From NCBI GenBank assembly GCA_029953675.1, contig JAMWBK010000006.1, forward strand, positions 2,408,616 through 2,472,615: DNA of 64,000 bases, in the 5' to 3' direction. A model generated the notes under the pieces. It was not told where the DNA came from, ran no database searches, and saw only the letters and a program-made list of their open reading frames with translations. Position 1 is the first letter of the stretch. The number at the start of each line of letters is the position of its first letter. Shown here piece after piece: positions 36,815 through 43,955 of the stretch. Made by a program: the position numbers and the translations under genes. Origin of the DNA: Rhodosorus marinus CCMP1338 (lineage: Eukaryota; Plantae; Rhodophyta).

Positions 36815-37000
36815 TGTACTCAATTTGTCCGCGAACGCCCTGACCGTCTTCAATCGTTGTTTACCCGCTTAAGTTTCCTGCTGTGGAGCATGAATGCCGC
36901 TTTGATGTTGGAGGCGCGAGTACTTCGCCGCGCTTAGTCTTTTTTTCCCCTCGGGGTTTTTTTTTTCAGCCTCCGATTAAACCATTCATTCATTTGTGCG
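36815..37000 (+). mobile_element. Family C 3' fragment
   Basis: CCGCGAACGCCCTGACCGTC...TAGTCTTTTTTTCCCCTCGGGGTTTT...CAGCCTCCGATTAAACC. Confidence 0.85.
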
Positions 37001-37199
37001 GGTGGGTAGCTGTGAATCGAGATTCATTGATTGATAGGAAGTGATTTTTGCGATATTGACTGCTTTTCTCGTCCGATCCTCTCAATTCTTCTTGCAGCTC
37101 AGGGCCTTGTACCTTCAATTCAGGCGTTTGCTCGGGGTCGCATCCGCAATTCCGCTGCTGAACACCTGTTTTTCTTTCGGGTTCGCCACTCGATTCCGG

Positions 37200-37290
37200 T
37201 ACAGTGAATGAATTTGTTTAATCGGAGGCTGAAAGAAAAAACCCCGAGGGAAAAAAAAGAAGACTATGCGCGGCGAAGATCGCGCTCTTC
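37200..37290 (-). mobile_element. Family C 3' end
   Basis: Reverse complement of the family C 3' UTR. Confidence 0.8.
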
Positions 37291-37299
37291 TTCTGTTCC

Positions 37300-38041
37300 G
37301 GGGAAGCCCACCCTCGGGCACGCGCACACAGGAGAAAGAGCTGCTGCAACAGCACCAGAAGCAGCAGCAGCACCAGCACCAGCGCCAGCATACAGGAGCA
37401 GAACAGGGCGCAGAGATGAATTCAGAAAACAGAGCAGAGGGGCAGGCTGGGGTCGACCCAGTTGCCGCCTTTCTCCACCAGCTGCACAGCTACGACCGGT
37501 GCTACCAAGCCCTGGGAATTGGCGAGTCTGACATTGTCCACTTTTACCAGGCAGTCTTCAACCTTTTATTCGGGCATAAATTGTTCGCAAGAACTGCAAG
37601 GAGTGACAGGACGCCTCAATGAGCTAGCACAAAAACCACATATGTGGCAAGGTGGACCAACCACTACGACCTCGCCTCAACTCTGGGGGTACAAACTGAT
37701 TCCGATTGCGATAGAAACCTTCGGCAGAACAGGGCAGATGACCCAAGACTTTCTCCGTGAGGGCTGTGGGCACATGCTAACTAAGCAGTACGAGCTGAGC
37801 AACGTGCGGGCTCAACTAAACAGAACACTCTGGGCAGGGAACGCAGAGCTCGCGTTAGGGGCTTTGCGCGTGGATCAGTCGGACCAGCCACTGATCCCTT
37901 ATTTTTCTTTTTTATCGTAGCTAGAGACCCCGGGAGACGGGGTTAAACACACACATGTTCCCTAGATCTTGATAGAATTAGTGTTGCGCTGCATTAGGCA
38001 GTTGCCGAGTAAAGTTTACAGTTACGTTAGTCTGGGGTTAC
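37300..38041 (+). mobile_element. Family A ORF1 N-terminus joined to REL C-terminus and 3' UTR ending in 16-mer
   Basis: AAFLHQLHSYDRCYQALG, a junction CTCTGGGGGTAC at 37681, IPIAIETFGRTGQM..ALRVDQ*, and a tail GTTACGTTAGTCTGGGGTTAC at 38021-38041. Confidence 0.85.
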
Positions 38042-38262
38042 AACCATTCGTTCGTTCGAACTCTCGCAGCACCATCCGCGGACGGCGGCAGTCAAGGGTT
38101 GTAAGTAATTCTCTAGTTAGTGATAGACTCAGTGTTACGCCGCATTAGGCGGCTGCCCAATAAAGCTTACCGTTACGTTAGTCTGGGGTTCGTTGCGGTT
38201 GAGGAGTCTGGGGTTAGTCTGGGGTTGAAGACAAAAGGAAAAGTTCGTAAGAGAGTCCGAAG

Positions 38263-39891
38263 ATGATTGTGAGGGAGGTACGCGGGCCGTACCCCGAACC
38301 TCTTGTAGTTCAGGGCCCGGACCCCTCGGGCACCCGGGAAGTTTTGCAAAGGCACCCGCACCAGTCTGATGGCGACGTGCAGGAGGCACCGACCGAACCA
38401 CAAGCAGGCGATGTTCAAGCAAGAACGCGGACCGAGTCTGCAGCCGCAACCGACCCGGCAGCCACATTCTTGCATCAACTGCGTAGCTTCGACAGATGCT
38501 ACCAGGACCTGGGCATCGCTGCGTCCGAAATTACAGACTTTTACAAAACCGTTTTTCAACTGTACTCGCGGGTCAACAGCTCGCAAGAGCTGCAAGGCGT
38601 CACCGGACGCCTTACGGAGTTGTCCCGGAAACCGGTTATGTGGGAAGGTGGAGCCGCTACTACGAATTCTGCACCATCTCCGCATGATCTCCCGCGACAG
38701 GCCGTAGGCAACCACCTCTCCCCCGAAACCCGTTACCGTAGCGGTCGTCTGCCAGGAAGTTATGACGTCCATGATTTAGGAACCGGGCTCCCTGCGCCCC
38801 AGGGGGGGACAGGTGTCCTGGATCTAGGACACTATGCGGAGGCATTCCCAGCCATCGGGGAGGGCCCTACAAGGCCAACCTTCGCCGAGTTTGCAGCTCA
38901 GAAAGAACCAGGGAGAGGAGGAGATGCTCGTTCCAGAACTTGTGGACGCCCCGGACCCCAGACCCAGCAGGCTGCCCTGCGTCAACTGCACGCTACGGTC
39001 GGGGGGTCTGGCTGGGGACCCGATGTTGCTCCAGTCCTCGCGACGCTACGGAATGTCCGACCCCCAAGGCTGGATGAGATGGCCCCTGCGGACTTTGCAA
39101 CGGTTCTTTGCAGAGCACTGGGTATGCCCAGCTCTTATGTGGTGCATGCGGACTTTATTGCCTCCCATGCCTGCCTGCTGTGCCATCCAGACGCAATTCC
39201 GATTCTCCAAAGTGCCATCTCCCGAGGAGTTTTCCGGACTGGGATTTTCGGATCCTTCACACAAGGACACGCCGATCGACAAGTAAGCCTTTACACTGGC
39301 CAGGCGCTGGACCCAGACAACCTTCTGGGTTACCTCGAACGTCATACCATCGCTCCCGGGGATATCGCTGCCCACACGCTGAAGCGGGCCATCGAGCAGC
39401 TTATCCGCATTCGTTCGAGGATCCGCAGGCGAAAAATCTCCTTCCACACTCTCGCAGCGCTCTACGAGTATCTGGAGCGACGAATAGAGCTCCTAAAAGC
39501 CAGACAACATCCGCCTGAGGTACCCGGGGAGTGCGCGGAACCCCCTGGGCCTGCAGCCGCTTCGAACGCAGACCCTGAAGCCTCGTCCCTTCCAGGGGAT
39601 GTACAGGCAGACCGTGGGACAGTTGACGCCCCGGTTGAGACCAGCGCGACTTCCCAAGTACCTGAGAACGCAGTGCACGAGGACAATCCCCATGCGGAGC
39701 TCCTCTGCAACCTTCCTGAGCCACCTCAACAGAAGCGCTCGCGAGTATCCGCCGATGGCACCGCACCGGATACTGAGATGACTCCGGCAGCCGTGGAGAC
39801 TCCACCGGATACCACTGTGACACAGGTTGCCCTTGAAGGCAACCATCACGCGATGGACACGCAGGAGAGCCAGGAAAACCCAGCGCAATAA
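38263..39891 (+). CDS. Family A retroelement ORF1 (gag-like, putative RRM-like domain)
   Basis: 542-aa open ORF preceded by 16-mer tracts (38172-38226). Homologous pieces at 33904, 35832, 37266 and 61689. Stop overlaps the ORF2 start (TAATG). Confidence 0.75.
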   Translation: MIVREVRGPYPEPLVVQGPDPSGTREVLQRHPHQSDGDVQEAPTEPQAGDVQARTRTESAAATDPAATFLHQLRSFDRCYQDLGIAASEITDFYKTVFQLYSRVNSSQELQGVTGRLTELSRKPVMWEGGAATTNSAPSPHDLPRQAVGNHLSPETRYRSGRLPGSYDVHDLGTGLPAPQGGTGVLDLGHYAEAFPAIGEGPTRPTFAEFAAQKEPGRGGDARSRTCGRPGPQTQQAALRQLHATVGGSGWGPDVAPVLATLRNVRPPRLDEMAPADFATVLCRALGMPSSYVVHADFIASHACLLCHPDAIPILQSAISRGVFRTGIFGSFTQGHADRQVSLYTGQALDPDNLLGYLERHTIAPGDIAAHTLKRAIEQLIRIRSRIRRRKISFHTLAALYEYLERRIELLKARQHPPEVPGECAEPPGPAAASNADPEASSLPGDVQADRGTVDAPVETSATSQVPENAVHEDNPHAELLCNLPEPPQQKRSRVSADGTAPDTEMTPAAVETPPDTTVTQVALEGNHHAMDTQESQENPAQ

Positions 39892-40420
39892 TGCCGAGCA
39901 GACGTAGGGGAATCAAACGACGCCGCGACGAGCCTCTGTTATTCTCGGATCGTCAAGACTGGATCAGACAGTGGAGCGTCCTCGTCGACGACGTCACGGA
40001 AGGAGGCAGGCAGTGGACGCGCCTTACACACTGCCCTGTTCCCACACGGCGATTTGTGCCACGCTGCCAGGTCCATACATGGAGCTGCCTCTTCCCTGCT
40101 GCATTAGAGCTCTCTATGGACAGCACCGCACCAACAAACGCCAGCCTGCTTCTTTTCGGACTTCCAGGCCTTGTCCTTGGACACTCTGCACTTGATGTTG
40201 GCATTCAGGTATCGCACGTGCTTGAAAGAGAATTCTCTACGGTCTGGAGCGCTCTAGAGGACAAGGCGTCTATGCTGTCGCATACTACCGCACCGAAAGG
40301 AGCTGAAGCGGTTCGACGCCAACATCTCGGGCGCCACAAGCGAGCGTTGAAGCTAGCACACCTTGGCCGCCTTTCAGATGCAGCTCGGAGCCTACAGGCC
40401 ACCGAAATGGCACCTTTTAC
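39891..40420 (+). mobile_element. Family A ORF2 N-terminus, 3'-truncated
   Basis: MPSRRRG..LLFGLPGLVLG..KRALKLAHLGRLSDAARSL, colinear with 62350-62880 where it leads into RT motifs. Confidence 0.8.
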
Positions 40421-40423
40421 CGC

Positions 40424-40620
40424 GGACCAAGCATGCTGCTCGAGTAGCGCCACAGAGAAACGCTTAAACGACGCAAAAGTTCCAAATATTCAACAGGATG
40501 CTCAGCAAAGCATTTCCGCAGCCACTCCAAACCCGACTTTTCCACGTGGCCAAAGCTTTCCCCAATGAAAGGCTGGAACCGGTGTGAGCGACCCTCTGCA
40601 CAAGGCAGACTGGCCATACT
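40424..40620 (-). mobile_element. Family B REL C-terminal fragment
   Basis: MASLPCAEGRSHRFQPFI.ESFGHV.KSGLEWLRKC on the minus strand. Confidence 0.85.
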
Positions 40621-41236
40621 CTCAGCGTACCGTAATGGACAACCAACACAGACAATCTTTACAGGAACGGCATGAAGTTATGGGAAAGAAAGCTAGAGTT
40701 TCTACTCCATACCAGGTTCCAGAAACACATGGTCACTGCATGAAGTATGCCCTAGTGGAGGCATATGCTACAAACTCACTCAGCTTCAAGACGTAGGATG
40801 CCTAGGACTGTAATGACCTGCATTTGTCGAAACCAGTACGGACAATCTTTACAGGAAGAGCACCAAATAAGGGGACAATGCTATAGTTTCCACCCCGGAC
40901 CAGATTCCAGTATCTTTTGCTCAATCCCACCTTGGAACTCAGCCTCCAGATTTCAGACTCCCGAGAAGCCTTAGAATGTCTCCGATTAAACCGGAATCTG
41001 CTTAATCAGAATGCGTATTCATACATATCTGCTAATCCCCCTTCCAGCATTTGTTTTCTCTGCGTTTTCCCCCTCCCTCCGATTTGCTCAGCCACCCAAC
41101 CTCCACGCTCTGTAAGGACATGAGCATTTAGTGGAAGCAGAGAACCCGACCTTCGCTGACCGTATTTCTTTGTCCACGCCAAGTTTTCTTTATTCTCAGA
41201 ATAAATAAACACATTTGCCGAGTCATTCAACCCTGT
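40614..41236 (+). repeat. Left arm of about 620-bp near-perfect inverted repeat
   Basis: Reverse complement of 42295-42916. Identical translated ORFs appear on opposite strands in the ORF track; only about 2 mismatches seen. Confidence 0.92.
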
Positions 41237-41239
41237 TTT

Positions 41240-41982
41240 GTTTGTCGGATTTCGAAGTGCGTACTTCACTGCGCTTATACCTCGGTTTACATCAGCCCCC
41301 TTGGCCGTACGAGATGGGTTCGTCGTGCCCTCTCTGCTCTCAGACTGAAGACAACGCAGATTTTGGTGCCCACCTGCTCACTAGTTGCCCGGCGGTGAAA
41401 GGTGCTCGAACCCGCCGCCATACACGGATCTTGAACCTGTTATACCGGGAACTTCGGCCTATAGTCCGGCAAGCCGGTCTGGAAATCGAACGTGAGAAAC
41501 CTTTACCCATCGCGGACTTTCAAAATGATGAACGCCGTGTAGCCGACCTGGTGATCACCTGTGACGACAGCCGCCGTACCACATACGTTGATCTTGCTGT
41601 TCCTAACCCTCAAGCTAGTCGTTATCTCCCGGCTGCGGGGGAGCGCCGTGGATCTGTCGCCGCCAGCATGAGACGCCGCAAAGAGATCAAATACGCGGGG
41701 GCTTTGTCTTCCCCTGGTGTTCGTGCTTCGGCACTAGCACATCGCTTGGTACCCCTGATCATTGAGTGCTTTGGGTTCATGGACTCTGTTGGTTCTCGCT
41801 GGCTTCGGGAGTTGTTCCGCGAACGCCCTGACCGTCTTCAATCGTTGTTTACCCGCTTAAGTTTCCTGCTGTGGCGCATGAATGCCGCTTTGATGTTGGA
41901 GGCGCGAGTTCTTCGCCGCACTTAGTCTTTTTTTCCCCTCGTTTTTTTTTTTTTTCAGCCTCCGATTAAACCATTCGTTTCG
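41240..41982 (+). mobile_element. Family C 5'-truncated copy (CCHC, REL, 3' UTR)
   Basis: CPLC..HLLTSC, RTRRH, RVADLV, YVDLAV, KEIKY and IIECFG; nearly identical to 54646-55390. Confidence 0.92.
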
Positions 41983-41989
41983 TTTTGTA

Positions 41990-42129
41990 AGCCTCTGAAA
42001 TCGAAACTAACTTTCAACCTTGGAAGTCGCAGTTTCTATTTATAGTCTGGGGGGTTTATAGAGGCTTACAGCCTCTGAAATCGAAACTAACTTGCAACCT
42101 TGGAAGTCGCAGTTTCTATTTATAGTCTG
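41990..42129 (+). repeat. 60-bp direct duplication with telomere-like filler
   Basis: AGCCTCTGAAATCG...TATAGTCTG at 41990-42049 and 42070-42129, separated by GGGGGTTTATAGAGGCTTAC. Confidence 0.88.
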
Positions 42130-42294
42130 CCACCTGTTTAATATTCTTCCTCTTAGAACATCGCTAGGATATATGCTCTGTTGAAGTGGTCCAACTTTTT
42201 TTTTTGAAGCCAGTGCGTTTGAAATCGTTCAATCATATTTCGGGGTGTGAGCTGCATTTCAAATCGACGGTCTTTGCCCTTTGGCTTCCGACCT

Positions 42295-42916
42295 CAGGGT
42301 TGAATGACTCGACAAATGTGTTTATTTATTCTGAGAATAAAGAAAACTTGGCGTGGACAAAGAAATACGGTCAGCGAAGGTCGGGTTCTCTGCTTCCACT
42401 AAATGCTCATGTCCTTACAGAGCGTGGAGGTTGGGTGGCTGAGCAAATCGGAGGGAGGGGGAAAACGCAGAGAAAACAAATGCTGGAAGGGGGATTAGCA
42501 GATATGTATGAATACGCATTCTGATTAAGCAGATTCCGGTTTAATCGGAGACATTCTAAGGCTTCTCGGGAGTCTGAAATCTGGAGGCTGAGTTCCAAGG
42601 TGGGATTGAGCAAAAGATACTGGAATCTGGTCCGGGGTGGAAACTATAGCATTGTCCCCTTATTTGGTGCTCTTCCTGTAAAGATTGTCCGTACTGGTTT
42701 CGACAAATGCAGGTCATTACAGTCCTAGGCATCCTACGTCTTGAAGCTGAGTGAGTTTGTAGCATATGCCTCCACTAGGGCATACTTCATGCAGTGACCA
42801 TGTGTTTCTGGAACCTGGTATGGAGTAGAAACTCTAGCTTTCTTTCCCATAGCTTCATGCCGTTCCTGTAAAGATTGTCTGTGTTGGTTGTCCATTACGG
42901 TACGCTGAGAGTATGG
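42295..42916 (-). repeat. Right arm of about 620-bp inverted repeat
   Basis: Reverse complement of 40614-41236. Confidence 0.92.
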
Positions 42917-42919
42917 GGT

Positions 42920-43294
42920 TATCGCTCACTACAAAGAAGCGATGGTGATGGAGAAACCGGATGATAAGTTCATCCCGATAGCAATAGAGACGTTTGGGCG
43001 TACGGGGCAAATGGCACAGGAGTTCCTCCGGGACAGCTGCAAGCACTTACTGCACAGGAGTGAGGAGCTGAGAGACGTGAGATCGCAGATAAACCGGCAA
43101 CTATGGCGAGGTAACGCAGAGATAGCATTAGGCGCTTTGCGCGTGGACCAGTTGGAGAATCCGCTGGTGCCTGTTTTTTCTTTTGAACGTAGCATGAGAC
43201 CCCGGTAGCGGGGTTCCAGTAAGTTTCTCCGTAGATGGGATTAGACGTAGTGTTGCGCTGCAGTAGGCAGCTGCCCAGTAAAGCTTACGGTTAC
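42920..43294 (+). mobile_element. Family A 5'-truncated copy (REL C-terminus, 3' UTR)
   Basis: KFIPIAIETFGRTGQMAQEFLR..ALRVDQ; 3' UTR ends GGCAGCTGCCCAGTAAAGCTTACGGTTAC. Confidence 0.88.
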
Positions 43295-43636
43295 AGGTCG
43301 CGTCCATTGCTACGTTGAGAATAAAGATTCAAGGACGCACTGAATCTTTCTCAGGGATCAGGCTCACGACGGCACCAGCGATCACTGACAACCTCCTCTA
43401 AGTTGTCAACGGGATATATGGAGGATTGCCTTCCAAAGTTCTGTCAACTGGACCACCTCTATCGAAACCTTTGGGCAGGATGAACAAGATCATTGAGACG
43501 GGGGTTCAGCCGAATTTTATGTGGTTTACTATCTTTTTTTTTTGTCCTAGTTGCGCCTAAACGCCGGACTTTCGCATCGGCTTCTCGCAGAATGCTTTTC
43601 TAACGAATCAGATTCGGTGTTGGAATCAGCTATAGG

Positions 43637-43785
43637 CTAGTTCCTCTTCACGTCTTGAGTAGCGCTTCGGGCTGTGCTAGTTACGCCTTGCGTAGCGCTT
43701 CAGGCTATGCTAGTAAAGTCCAGTTATGCTAGTAAAGTCCAGTAAAAACCGGGGTTACGTTAGTAAAGTCCAGTAAAAACCAGTT
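43637..43785 (+). mobile_element. Stack of family B 3'-end micro-insertions
   Basis: Four successive pieces of CACGCCTTGCGTAGCGCTTCAGGCTATGCTAGTAAAGTCC of decreasing length; one is fused to GGGGTTACGTT. Confidence 0.8.
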
Positions 43786-43955
43786 AAAGGGTCTGCGTCA
43801 AAGTTCCGGCAGAGGGGCACATATTTGATATTTATACTCTCCTTGCTCAAGACTCGGTGATGTCGGGCCTGGATATCATCCGAGCACGTATGGGTTTAGT
43901 CCGGAAGTGAGACGGATAGTGAAGAAAGAAGAAGAAGAAGAAGAAGAAGAAGATA

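Noticed and set aside
43637-43785. CRISPR-like appearance of recurring short repeats here and at 55575-55699
   Set aside because: Eukaryotic context, no unique equal-length spacers and no cas genes; explained by element termini and a minisatellite.
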